NCBI GenBank assembly: GCA_013265495.1
Contig: MU057887.1
Span: 817,985 to 881,984, forward strand
Source of the DNA: Vicugna vicugna
Taxonomy: Eukaryota
DNA: 64,000 nt
Direction of reading: 5' to 3'
Part shown: positions 11,901 through 24,475 of the stretch, piece by piece
How positions within the stretch are numbered: position 1 is the stretch's first letter
How the letters are laid out: every line of letters starts with the position of its first letter
Translations under genes and position numbers: made by a program
The notes under the pieces: model-generated
What the model saw: only the letters and a program-made list of their open reading frames with translations
Told to the model about the DNA's origin: nothing
The model's database searches: none

Positions 11901-13524
11901 GTACCTGCCACATAGTAAGCATTCAGTAAATTTTTCCTGAATGAGAATTCATTTTAAAATACCTGTCACGTCCACTACATTCTGAGCACAGGTTTAGATG
12001 CTGAAAATGTAAAGCAGATAAGACACGGCCCTCCTCTTCAAGGAGTCCCTATTTTACTGTAAAATTTCCTGACTGTATTTGCAAACAAAGACATGTAGTA
12101 AAAATAAAACAACTTTTTCAAATGAAAAGTAATGTTCCTCAAAATTCTGGGTTCTGTAGTTACTTTTGAAAGTCTTTCATGTTTAGATCCTATTTAAATG
12201 TATTATAACTTACTGTAAGTTTCTTTATTTTTATTTAACTTATCCGTATCTGTATGTCAGAGTGTAAGAACATCTACATAGCATAATGTTTGCACATAAT
12301 TAAAAAAATGTTTTTAATCCAAAGTTTAGGCTTTGTAGATCTGATTGTACTTTTTCCATTAATCTTAAAGTTTTAGACTAGATTTGTAATTGTTAAACAT
12401 TCATAACATAATTATTTTTTAGCTGCCTTTTTTGGGGGGAGGGGCACCCTTCAGCTTTTCACATCCTGATGTGAAGAGCCATGAGCAGGCAAACTATTAA
12501 ACCCCTTTCTTCTGTTAATGATTTCTTTCTGTTTGAATTGTTCTTAAGCAGCATATTTGCCTGTTACATCTTGAAACTTAAAAAAATTGATTGCTGTTCC
12601 TAACTATTTTCTTCAGGCCACTGCTCTTCGTGGAGGTCAGAGCATGTTCTGCGCGTGGGTACCGGCTGCCCTAACGGTTACCCACGGAACTGGCTGAGGG
12701 GCTGTTCGCAGAGCAGTGAGTGCGTGACGGGTGTGTGCTGGTGTTTCCCTCTGTGCTGCTGTAAAATGGGTCGGGGAGCAGGGCCCTTGCTCTGTCCTCA
12801 TGCCAGGCCAGCGCCTGCCTTCTCTGCCTGTGCCAGCCCCGTGTGCACTTCCCAGCCTGCATTCGTGACCCCAGTGCCCGTAAGGTGGCCTTTAGAACTC
12901 GGGGTCACAAGGCGCCTTCTCTGCGAAACCTCAGGTCCATCAGGGCAGCTTCCTGCGCCACGCTCCCCTCTGCACCCTGTCTGTCTGCTCTTCACTGTGC
13001 CCTCTGCCCAGACCCCGGGTTTCTGTGCGTAAAGATACTACTGGTGGTTAATGCTGGTGCGTACTGCAGCATGCGTGCTGGTGTTCTCACGTAAGGCGTG
13101 GTGTGGTCCACACACACGGACGACCACTGGCAAACCCGGCCGTGTACAGAACGGAATTTGGGTACCGCTCGGTTTTGCTGTAGCAAGCCCTGCTCCTTGC
13201 TAGCCACCCACCACCACCGCTTGTTCCTTGCTTCTCCCTTAATGATTAGTCTTTCATGAAACCCCTTTCCCTTGGTCTTCGTGGGTGACGAAGGCTAATC
13301 TGCCCTCTATGCCAGGTGCACATTTTTCCATTTTCATTGATAAGCTTCGATACCATAACTGTGTGCCTGACTAGTTGGGAAGTTCCGGGCAGGCCGTTGA
13401 CAGTGTCCTGGCCTCGGGGTCTCTGAGCACGGGCTCCTTGCCTTTCCTCACCTTGTAACATTTGGATCCATAAATACACGTGATGCTTACGGAGGAACTT
13501 GCAACAGATAGAAGGCTTGGAGTA

Positions 13525-13730
13525 GGACAAAGAATCCAGACGAGTCTTAGAGAAACCCAGATTTGCCCCTTAATTTCACCACCTTTTAGCTGTGTCAGTT
13601 TGGACAAGTGACTTAGCCTCTCTGAATCTCAGCTTCCTCGTGTGTAAAATGGGAACTGTAACACGGGCCTTATGGGTTTGGAAGGATTAACTGTGATCAC
13701 TTACGCAAAGTATCTAACAATATCTGGTGT
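13525..13730 (+). mobile_element. MIR SINE
   Basis: tagctgtgtcagtttggacaagtgacttagcctctctgaatctcagcttcctcgtgtgtaaaatggg...aggattaactg is the MIR core. Confidence 0.85.
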
Positions 13731-15829
13731 CCCTTACCAGCTCCTTCTCTCTCCCCTTCCCCCGCCAGCCTCACTGTGAGAGAGGAGATCGAGTTCCTTC
13801 CAGGGTCTCCCCATTGTGTGTGTTTAAGCAGAAAGTTGTAGACAACACTTGCAGGCATTTACTAAGTGTAGAGTAATCCTCATATTCCGTATTCTATGTT
13901 TATTACCTTTCCAACAGATGGGACATTGGCAGGAAGCAAACATGAGACCTTTCTTTAGAATGAGAATCTCGTTTTTTCCCTCCTCTCTTCAGTTTGTCCA
14001 CAAATGCTTCTGAGTGGAACTTCTCTTTGTTACTGTCTAGTAAAGCGCTGAAGTGTTTTCTGTGCGGATGCCGAAGTCTGTCGTAGCTCAGTTCTGAGAG
14101 GGTGCTAAGGGACTTGTAAGGCACAGGTGTGTGGCCTGTCTCGGTGAGACTGTGCCTTCCTCTGTCAGAAACAAGCCGCAGAGAACCTCGGCTTATTGAT
14201 TTGAAGATTGAATATATAGGCAAGAGCCGGCTTGCTTCGAATTCCACTTCTTTGTAATGTAATCCCAGTTCAAGAAATATGTCAGAATTCATAAATCAAA
14301 CTGTCACCATTAGTTTCCTGAACATGCAGTTCCTGTTACAGTAAACGAAATTAAAATTCCCACCTGGGGGACACGTATTACGGTGTAGTTTGTTGCAGCT
14401 GCACATTTTTCCCTCTTAAAGGCCCCCCGACCTCTTCCTGTATCTTGCAGTGTGATCAGCTTGTTGTTTTGTGGGGAAGGCGTGACATTATTTGAAAGGA
14501 AGAATCATACCAAATAGATAAACACGATATAGTAATTGATTGTTGTCCGTTCCCGTTGCCTGCTAGCTGGGCTCCACGCCCTTCCTCCTGTGAGTCCCGC
14601 GAGTCTTCCTCACCAGCCTGTAGGCTCCCGGAAGGTGGGACACGCCGTGTCTGGCTGTGGCACGCCTGCCCCAGCACCTGCAATGAGAGGAGTTACTGGA
14701 CGCTGGCTGAGTTCACCGTGTTACCGGCTAGTCAGAGCGCGGGGTGGCGAGGTCACCTGCTTGGAGCCAGTAGCTGGCTGACTTCCGACCTCCGGACCCG
14801 CTTCTCCTGCTCTCTCTGCTGCTTCCGTGTTCACTGCAGAAAGAGGGTTTGAAATCTTTGACAGCGTGGTGTGAGCCCTTAAGAGGGGGCACCTTTTGTC
14901 AAACAGCACGTGTGGGACTGCTTTGTTCTTGCCGGCAATCACGTTCCTTAGCTCTTCTGAACTGTCTTCTTCGTGGTGAAGGGTTCTAGTCTCGCCTTGA
15001 CTCCTTGAGACTCCTGTGGAAAACTGCGCCCGGGGACACGCGTGGTTCTCAGAAGTGTGATTCATATTCTAGATACCAAAGGGAAGACGGTGGGGAAGTA
15101 ATTTTTTGCCTGTGGTGACTCACAAGTTTGCAAAAGCCTGGGACCCCGTTTTCTTTACTGCCCCGTATGATCAGTTTCTAGACACCAGGGGTTTTAAACG
15201 GATTTGTGTTTAAAGTAAAAACAGTATTTCGCTGTATTCGTATCAAGAGACTTAGGCGAGGGGAGGCAGCCGCCTAAACTGAGAGGGAGGCCTTGTTCCC
15301 GGGTGGAAATACGGAATATTGTAAAGGCACTAATGGTTTTTAGACCCATTTATTTGTTTATTGCTAGGCCAATTAGAATCGTGCTGAGGGAGGAATCCCA
15401 GAATTTGGACAAAAGATGAAAATAATTGAAGAATTATCTCAACAGTTCTAAAATAAACTCTAAAGTTAAAATAATCAACGATGTAAGTGCCTAAGTGTGT
15501 AGGTGAGTGGAAGAGATCATGTCCTTTAGAAACAGACACCTGAGAAGTTAACACGAGCTCAGAATCCCAGAGAGAAAAGGAGTTTGTCTTAAAAGTGAAC
15601 CCGGGATAATTGATCAACTGTTTGGAAAAAGCTCACCTCACTGGGAATAAGCACCAGCGTAAATTTGGAACTGATTAAAGAGTAAGATATTAAAGATGTT
15701 AGACATCTTGATAGTATTCAACTTTTTTCAGAATAACCAAAGATATTTTATGGATTAGAAATAATGAAGATTATCATAGATTTGGTTCTAAGTAAGTGAG
15801 AAACTCAGGCTCGAACCAGCCTAACCAAA

Positions 15830-16000
15830 TGAACCTGGGTTCTGCTAAATGCTAGCTGGGTGACCCGGAGCAAATTATTTAGCCTCCCTGCAACTCAGTT
15901 TACTCACCAGAACCCAGGTCGTATTCAGAAAGGGCGGCTGTGAGGAGGAGACGTGGCCGTCCCTGTCAGACGTAGGATGAGCACTTAGTCACGGTCGGCT
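15830..16000 (+). mobile_element. MIR SINE remnant
   Basis: acctgggttctgct...ctagctgggtgacccggagcaaattatttagcctccctgcaactcagtttactca. Confidence 0.7.
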
Positions 16001-16239
16001 GCGTTTATGCTTATGCAGGTTTCAGCGTTATTGATCATGTTACAGACAACCTACTTTTTTCATCAATTGGAAATGTTTCAGTAAATTATAGTACTATTAC
16101 ATGAATCCAATAAGAATCATGTTTTCAGAGAGCCTGTACTCTGTTGGTACAGTACTCATGACATCGTGATTGGTGGGAATTCATAGCGGGACACACCATT
16201 ATATTTCATAAGCCCCCGCTTTTGCATTTTTTAATCTCT

Positions 16240-16410
16240 GTGTTATATATATATTTGCACAAATACGTATGTGCATGGCAAGATGACCCCAAAGGAGTAC
16301 ACTACAGTATTAATAGTAGTTATCTCTGGCTGGTGAGATTAAGGACGTGTTTCTTTTTCTCCGTTTATTTTTTGTAATTTTTACCATGAACATGAATCAC
16401 TTTACTAATA
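16240..16410 (+). mobile_element. Old L1ME-like 3' end remnant
   Basis: tattaatagtagttatctctggctggtgagattaagg...tttttaccatgaacatgaatcactttactaat resembles L1ME 3' termini. Confidence 0.55.
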
Positions 16411-17394
16411 ACAGGAGAATACTGTTAAGAAGGGAAAGGGGTACGAATCTAGAATTCTGGGCTTTCTCTGTGACAAGAAGAGAGTATGCTGAGTTCAGTA
16501 GTGACAGAAGGAATTCCTTCTTTGTTCTGCTTTCAGAGAAGTACAGCACCTCGACCCCTCCTGCCCGAGACCTGGGGGCTTTCACAGTGACAATTGCAAC
16601 TGTGTTTTTAATAGAAGGATTTTTTACAAGCAAAACATTAGCGTAGGCTCTGGATAGTTTTGCCAGCAAACAATAGCTGAGATGGGGGTGGTAGGTGGGG
16701 TGTGTGTGTAAAAGGCGGGAGGGGGAGAAAATAATAAAGCTTATTCTTCCAACGTATTAAACATTATTTCTTTTCCCCCTTCAGAGGAATAGGAATTCGA
16801 ATTCATCTTTTATTGTCAGGTGTTCTGGTTTGGGTCCATTAGCTTTTGCGGAGTGCATGAGTCTTCAAGATTTCTACTACATATCTCAACTTAATAAAAT
16901 CTGAGAGCTTTTGACGTTGTGAGATTTCTCTGTATCTCCCCAGGCTTCGTTTCTTTGGTTAAATGAGAAAAGTGCTCTTATTTCAAATGTTAGAGAGTTC
17001 TCTCTTTTCTAAAAAAAAATATAATGGAACTGTCTATCACACATCTAAAACAGTTTTGATCTTTAGCATATTTCTTTTTTTTTTTTCTGGCAGCAACTGA
17101 AAATTAAGAGGATCAAAGTTGCATTCCTATACAAAGCCTTTTTTTCCATCAACACTTGAAGTCACTGTTGGACTGCTCCCCTGCCACCTTTAAAAGCCTG
17201 TTGCTTATCTCGTTCCAATAGAATTTAATTTCATACCCATCACATTCTAATGGACCAAGAGTGATATTTAATCTCAGGCCGTGGAGTTTAGTTTGAATTC
17301 AAATCTGCTGCTGTGTTGCAATTAAGAGTAAAATCAGGAATAATTTTGACTCCAAATATAAATGAACGTGCTATTTGGCATCGCGGTGAGAGCT

Positions 17395-17900
17395 TTTAGT
17401 TCATTTCAACAAATCTGTATCTGCCATATGCTGTGTACCAGCGAGTACTCTGGGCGCTGGGAACGCAGAGATGGATTTGGCCTCGTGCTTACTCTCAAGG
17501 AATTCACACTGTAACGGGGGAGACAGGTGTGAAAACAGTAGAATAAGTGGTGTGTGAAAAGTATTCAGAATGAGGACTAGAAACTTTCTAAGTCTTGGTA
17601 CAAATGGCTCACCCCAGAGCTCAGGAAGAACCTCTAGGATCTGGGCTTTGAAGGATGACCGAGAAAGAGGCAGGTGGAAGAGAGGGTTGGCTTTGGAGGC
17701 AGAACAGCACCTGTGAGCAGGTGCGTGGGACCCCGTGCTGTGTGCTGGGCTTCACCAGGACTGAAGTGGGAGGCGGGGTGGCAGAGGGGCAGGGGATGAG
17801 GCCAGAGAGGAGGCTGGCCCGCTGACTGTGCAGGCCTTTGTTTGCCAGGCTGATGGGCTCTGAACTCCACCGGAGGGTCTGTGAGACTTAGGACAGTTTC
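17395..17900 (-). mobile_element. L2 LINE remnant
   Basis: ttcatttcaacaaat...tatgctgtgtaccagc...ctgggcgctgggaacgcagagatg...ctcaaggaattcacactgtaacgggggagacag...tgggctttgaaggatga is the antisense L2 3' end pattern. Confidence 0.7.
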
Positions 17901-20900
17901 AGTCTTGGTAGGTTCATTAAAATATCTTTCGTTTCTGGAAGTGATCTAATCTTTTTCAGACACACTTATTCCTTCATTGTGTGCTCTCTGTGTGTATTTT
18001 GTCTTGAGGCATGCTGATTTTCTCTTTCAGATTGTTTTTTGTCATTTCTAGTCCCTGGGATAGAACTTTTCTCGTGTGTTGCACCCCGTCCTCTGCCCGT
18101 CTCCATCTCTGCCTCTGGTTCTCTCTCCCGGTGACGTGCTATCGTTATTGCTGTAATGCAAGCTCATCTTCCTTGTGTCTCACGGTCCCTGGGTCGTGTG
18201 GGCTTGTTCTCACAGAGCGGTTGGCTTTCGCTTCCATCTCCTGGGGTCCTCAGAGCCCGTTTTTATATGAATGTAATTTCTTGACCAGGGATTCTAACAC
18301 TGCACCGACGATGTAAATTTGGACCCAGCACCCGCCTGAGGCTCAGGACGTGGCCGCCTGGGCTGGGGCTGCATTCTCCACTGCAGTTTTTCATTCCTTG
18401 TCCCTGACCGTTGCAGGCTGAAGGCCTCGGACCCTCCGCAGTGGTCCTCGGACCGCAGCCTCCAGGGACTCGGTCCTGGCTGTGCCCCGGATCCCTCCTC
18501 TCTGCCTCCTACTCTGGCTTTTCATTCCCGGCGTCATGGGTGATGACCAGGCTGCCCAGGGGAAGGGTGGCGCCGAGGTCCCCTGGTTCCTGCAGGGGTC
18601 AGTTGCCAAAATGAGTCTCGTTAACCGAGCAGAGCTGCTGGGAGAGCACCCACGCTGGGGCTGCAGGGTTCGCTGTGAGCCTTCCCCCCGCCGCCGCCCC
18701 GCTCCTGACACCAGTACACCCTCACCTTCAGCAGGAAGGTGGGGAACTTCATTTGGGGAAAAAGAAAGCTCAAATTCAATTTTTTTTACTTACTAACAAG
18801 GCAGCTTGGGTACACGTCACTTCTCAGAGTCTCTTCGTCTGTGAAATGAGGTCACATTACTGGCCTCACACGTTTTTTCGAGGCTTCGGATATGCTCACA
18901 ACGACCCCGTGCGAGCCCCTGCGCTGTGTGGGCTGAGCGAGCCGCTCTGTAGGCGTGTCTTGTTTCATCCCGTTCAGTTCCAAAGCCCGGCTCCCACTGT
19001 CCTTCCGCCTCTGTAACGACAGCGTGTAGGGAAGGCCCGGCCCAGTGCCCGGCTCACTGAACAGCGCTCTCCCCGAGGCCCTGGCAGCAGCGCCTCAGCC
19101 TCTCCACGAGGCTCCTGAGGAGGCAGCGGCCTTGAACTGGGGCCAGGGAGGGGGGCGGGGGCCGCGCCGGTTCCTGCTCCCCCTGTGAGCTGCCAGCTGG
19201 TCGCTGCCCTTCCTCTGCACAGGCACCGGCTTGCTCTCCTGGTCTCCAGGGGGCTGCTGGGTGCCGGGCCCTGGAAAGGAAAGCCACGCGTGGGCCCTTG
19301 CTGGCCACGTCAGCCCTCAGAGCAGAGCCTCCCGAGGCCGCCTCAGGGGTGCTCGCGCCTGCACAGCGCTCATGACGCCTGAGCGCTGCTGCCTTCCCGG
19401 GAGTGGGGGAGCCTGAAAGTCCGTCCTCAGCCGTGCGCTTCCTTCAGTTCAGATTTATGTTGCAGCACCAGCTCACCTTGGAGGAAACGCCATGAAGCGC
19501 TCATCGGTCTTTTACACGTTTGTGCGATGTGTTTCTGCCTTTTCCTGAGAGCAAGCTCGGTCATGTGACTAGGAGAGCCCAAGAGCCTCCCCCTCGCCGG
19601 GCTGAACTCTGCCCGGTCGCCGGGGTCAGCTCCTCGCTCACGCCCTGTGCGCTGCTGCTGGCAACGCTCTGTCCGCACGCGGGAGTACCTACATTTTCTT
19701 TTGGAAAGCCATCAGTAATCATGGCCACTTATGAAGGTCGGAAAATTAAATTTCAAACCTTATTTAAGACCCAGGAAATGTAAATTCTAGAATGAATGAT
19801 AACAGAACAGTCACAGTCATGGAAGGAAGCAGTGTATAGTGCTTCCCGGACAGACTCCTTCCAGCCCTTCACTACGCGAGCGTGTTTGTCCTCACGGGAT
19901 TTCGTGGAGCGGGGGACATGGTTATCCTCATCTGATAAATTTGCAAACCGAGATCCATCAGGGTTCAGTGACGCGCCGAAGGTCGCACACAGCCAGTCGG
20001 TGGTGGGGCCACTTGAGGACCCAGGCGGCCTGGCCCCATGGCCTCCCGGCTGCCTGCGCCTTGGGCGTGGCCCACACTCCGTGTTGGCCACTGCTCTGTG
20101 ATGGTTGTCTGCCGGGGACATCGTTGGCCACCCTTGGTTCTTCCAGTTTTCTCTGTAGGATCACAGATTCTGTTTCTCTTTGTAAATAAATGCAGAAAGA
20201 ATATCCAGTATCAGCCTTTCAAGTGTAGGAGTGAAAATGATTTCTGTAAATTAAATCCTTCAGAATAGGATTCTCTTTGTTCTTCCAGACTGTTTGTAAG
20301 TAACTAACATTCTGAGTACAGTCTTGAAAAACTGATATTTCTGAAAAGATACCTTTATTAAAGAAAATTTCCCTGTTGATATATGCTATGTAATACACAC
20401 ACATACGCATGCGTACACTCATATACATATATAAGCAGACAGAATATGTGTTCTTTAATCATTTAGAGACAATAAACTATTGGTATCAAAAGAAAATAGC
20501 TAAATAGCGATGATGAACTTCTTAAAGGAAATTTCCGGTTTTGTTTGACTGAAATTTTCTGAAGCGGCCCACGGGGCCGTCGTGTCAGCTCCCTCTGCTG
20601 AGGGTTGCAGGAAGGCGTGTCCCCGTGAGCGGAGGCAGCTGGTCAGCAGTCTGCGTGCTAGGTGGGTGGGTGGGGGTGGCTGGACTGTCTGTATTATTGT
20701 GCATCTGGTGTTACAAGCCCTTCCCCAGGCTGCGCCTAGCTCGTGTTACTCTCGGACATTTGAATAATTGGTTTAACGTGAGACTAATTTCTGGGAATGA
20801 CTCATCGCTGTTTACTTGGTATGATTTAGTGACAATGTTGAATTTACACGCTGGAAAAATCCGACAGGAAATTTTAAAAAATAAGTCATTTCCGTGACAG

Positions 20901-23900
20901 AGTGGGGGCAAGAGTGGGGTGGGACTTGAGTTTTCATCTGTTGAGCCCCGTGCCGTCAGCGCATGAAGACGGAGGAAGAGGGGACGTGAAGGACAGGACT
21001 GAGATGAGACAAGAAATTCAGTTTCAAATGTTTTCTGAAGCAAATCTCACCCTCCTCCTCTCTGTGGCAAGGAACGACTTTGGTCCGCACCTGCAGCTCC
21101 GCACGGACAGCCCGGGGGCTGGGGGTGTGGAGGAGGCTGGGGAAGTCTGAGCAGGGAGGTGGTGGGGGGACACAGACAGAAAAATCCGACTGGCAGGCCT
21201 CTGGGAGGGGGAGGGGGAGGGGAGGCGGGGAGGCGGGTCCCTCGCCTGCTGGAATTTCAGCCCTGGCAGCTTTCAACCTAATCCCCTTCTCTCCCCCAAC
21301 CAAAACCAAAACAGAACAGAACAGAAATATCTCAGCGCGTCAGTGCAGAGAGGGGCAGCACCAGCTGATGTTTGCAACGCGGACGGGCAGGGGCCCTGCC
21401 TCCGCCCCGCCTCAGGTGCTGCCTGTTTGCAGGAGCTCCAGCAGTGGTGCCAGGCGAGGAGGCCCAGGAGCCCTGGCTCTGGGGCGGGAACCCTGGCCAC
21501 AGGCGGGGACCCCACCCCTAATTTAGTCAGATTTAGAATTTTGCTGTTTCCCCTCCAGGGCCCCTGGAGAATGTGGTGGGGAGGTGGGGTTGGGGGCAGA
21601 TGTTTCCTTGAGCATTTTGAAGAGAAAGAAGTCTGTCTTTTCTGTATTATGTTTAAGATAGATTCATCTTTAATCTTGAAAAATCATTTCTATCAGTTTT
21701 AGAAGAACAGTAGTACAGCATCGGTGGATATGGACAGGACAGAAACACTTCACATGCACACAGGATTCAAGAAATTTTTAGTATGCTGACTTGATGCCAA
21801 GTTGTTTTGAAATTTTAGTTAATGTCAAAACTGTGACTAGAATTCTCATCTGAAATAATTGATACTTTATTCTCTTGTAAGTTGTTGTTCCCTTACAGTT
21901 TTTATGAACAGTTCACCTCAGCCTTATGAGAAAATTAAACCCTGATCCACTTTCTCCAGTCGTATTCATTTAGGTTACATTTATTAAATTGGAATTTACT
22001 AGACTTCTGTGTACACTGTTTATTAGTTTTATTTATCTTTGTAAAAGAGAAGGAAACACAAGTTCAGCCTTTGTGGTGATATGCAAAAATTCGAACTAAA
22101 GTCGACACTTCAAAGTTTGTCCTTGCAGACATTGACTTAGCTGTTTGTTACTAGAACAGTGCTGTGAGAAAGGCCCCGAGCAGGCTGGGGACCCCGGCCG
22201 CGTCGGCCCCCCACCTGCACCGCACCCGCATCATCCTGAGCTTTCAGGGCTCCTGCCTGACCTCAGAGCTGCCACCCTGCTCACCTCCCTCGTCTGCGTC
22301 ATTTGCATCACAGGTCTGCAGTCTCCCGGGTGGACCTGGACCACAGTGCGCCAAACAGAGGCATGCATGCCCCTCGGCGTCTGCGTGTACGTCGCAGTGC
22401 GGGCTTTCTGGCCATGTCAGATCTGTGTAAAAGCCAGTTTCACTTACGAAATGACGTGCCTATGGCTTGAGGTGCCCCCTTTAGGGCTGGATGTCATGAT
22501 TTCTGGTTCAAAACCTTACATTCAAAGTAGTGATCTTGAAACACTAAAGTTTCTTTCGGAAAAATACCACCCCTGTTTTCAGGCTGCTTCTGATGTGTTA
22601 CCGTGCCAGTTCACAGCCCGGGAATTCTTGGTTAGTGCAGCGTTTCATGCTCTGACAATTATCTTTAAGATGTTGTTTTTAGGTTGCCAGGTGTTAGTTT
22701 AAACACACGCTGGGCTGTGTGCTTCGCGTGCACGCATGCCTACACCGCAGCACAGTGCCAGGAGCTGTAATTTACAGCGGAATGACAGAGCGGTGTGTAA
22801 TGTTTTATATTTAGGGCAAGCTCCTGAAGTACAGCTCTGTGTGACATCTCGTTTTTTAAAAGCCTGAGGCATCAGTAATCTTTACGGCAAGAATTCTAAT
22901 GCTGTTATGCATTCCAGGCTTACTGTCTATTCTGCCCAGTAAATATATGGCTTTTATGGACTTATAAATCATGACAGTAGGATTCATACGTATCCAAAAA
23001 AGAGGAGACTTAAATCTTTACAGAGTTACCAAGATTTGATGTCATTTAGCCATTATTCTTACTTAAAAGTAACATCCTTATCTGAAAGTGGTATATTTCA
23101 TATCTTTGAAGGTAACTTTGAAAACGTATTGCCAGAGAAACAAGTATTTATTAAGAGCACACTGGGTGCCAAGTGTTGTGCCAAGTGCGGGAGAGAAGGA
23201 AGTGGAAAAGTGGCCCAGCCCTGAAGTAGCTCGGAGCAGAGGAAGATGCTGGAAGTAAGAGGTGACCCCGCCATCCGGGGAGCGTGTTTCCAGGGCAGAG
23301 GAGGGAAGGCAGCCCTGTGCGGCGGGGATGGAGGGCAGGGCCGGGCCTTCTCTACCCTGCGTGTGGCTCCGATGCCCGGAGGAAGGGCTTCGCAGGGAGT
23401 GGCCGCTGTGCAGACTTCCATGATGTCGTCAGCAGAGGCCAGGCTCACCTGACCGTTGGTAAATTTTTCCCTCCCTCTGTCCTTCCCTTCCTTCCTCAGG
23501 CTCTCAGTTTCGGAGAGTTTGGAGCTAAGGAAACCACCAACTGGTCGTGTCCATAGCTTGCTCCTCCCTCCCTTTCTCATTTACATGCAAACAGACTGCG
23601 CAGATTTTAAATGAATGGTTTGTTGGGGCAGACGTACGTACATCAGTGCAGCTGTCGCCCCAATCAGGACATAAAGAACATTTCCCTCTCCTCAGAGAGC
23701 TCCACCGTGTCCAGGCTGGGGAGTCGCGGCCCTGAGTAAGGGCTGAGGCTGGGACGGGGGCTCGGATTGCTCCTTTGTTTCCTTTGGAGATAGACTTGCT
23801 CCGGGAGGTCCACGTCCCTTTGCTCAGACTTCCCTGGGAGCAGTGGCCCGTGTCCCAGAGGTCCTGGCTCACGTGTGGCCTGCTTCAGGGCCTTTACAGC

Positions 23901-24304
23901 CGTCAGCCTGTCCATCTTCAGATGACCTTTTGACCCTCTTCATGTGCTTTCAGTCGGGTTTCTTGCAGGCCAGGTGCCTCTGTGTGCGCGTCCCCGTTAA
24001 CGTGGGTCTCTGTACGTTTAGACAGCACGTTGGGCTTCGTTCACACAGCAGGGGTTAGAGTCCGCACCATGCTCATTACCTTGGCAAGCACTTACTGAGC
24101 GTCTGCCAGGTGCCAAGCTCTGTTAAGCTCTCGGGTTCAGAGACTGAGTCGGATGCAGTCCTTGTTCTAACCTGGGACTCGGGTAAACAGGGAGCTGCGA
24201 CATGCTGTGGTCAGAGCCGGGAAGGGGAGTTAGCACTGAGGCTTCTGATTGAGACTTGGGTACCAGCAGAAGCCTCCTGGGAGCAGCAGGAGCAACAGCA
24301 GTGA

Positions 24305-24475
24305 TGGTAGTTATGACTTCCTGAGTGCCTACTAGGTGCTGCCCACCGTCCTGAGTACTTACCTCGTCACTTACTTGGCCCTTTTGATGTTGTTTCTCCC
24401 ATTTTGCAGATGAGGAAACTGAGGGCCAGAGAAGTTAAGTGATGTGTCCACGGCCTCACAGCTGTTCAGTGACAC
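24305..24475 (-). mobile_element. MIR SINE
   Basis: tctccccattttgcagatgaggaaactgagggccagagaagttaagtgatgtgtccacggcctcacagct is the antisense MIR core. Confidence 0.85.

Noticed and set aside
22145..22702. 185-aa ORF
   Set aside because: Non-ATG start, no recognisable domain and no supporting exon structure; expected by chance in GC-rich intron.
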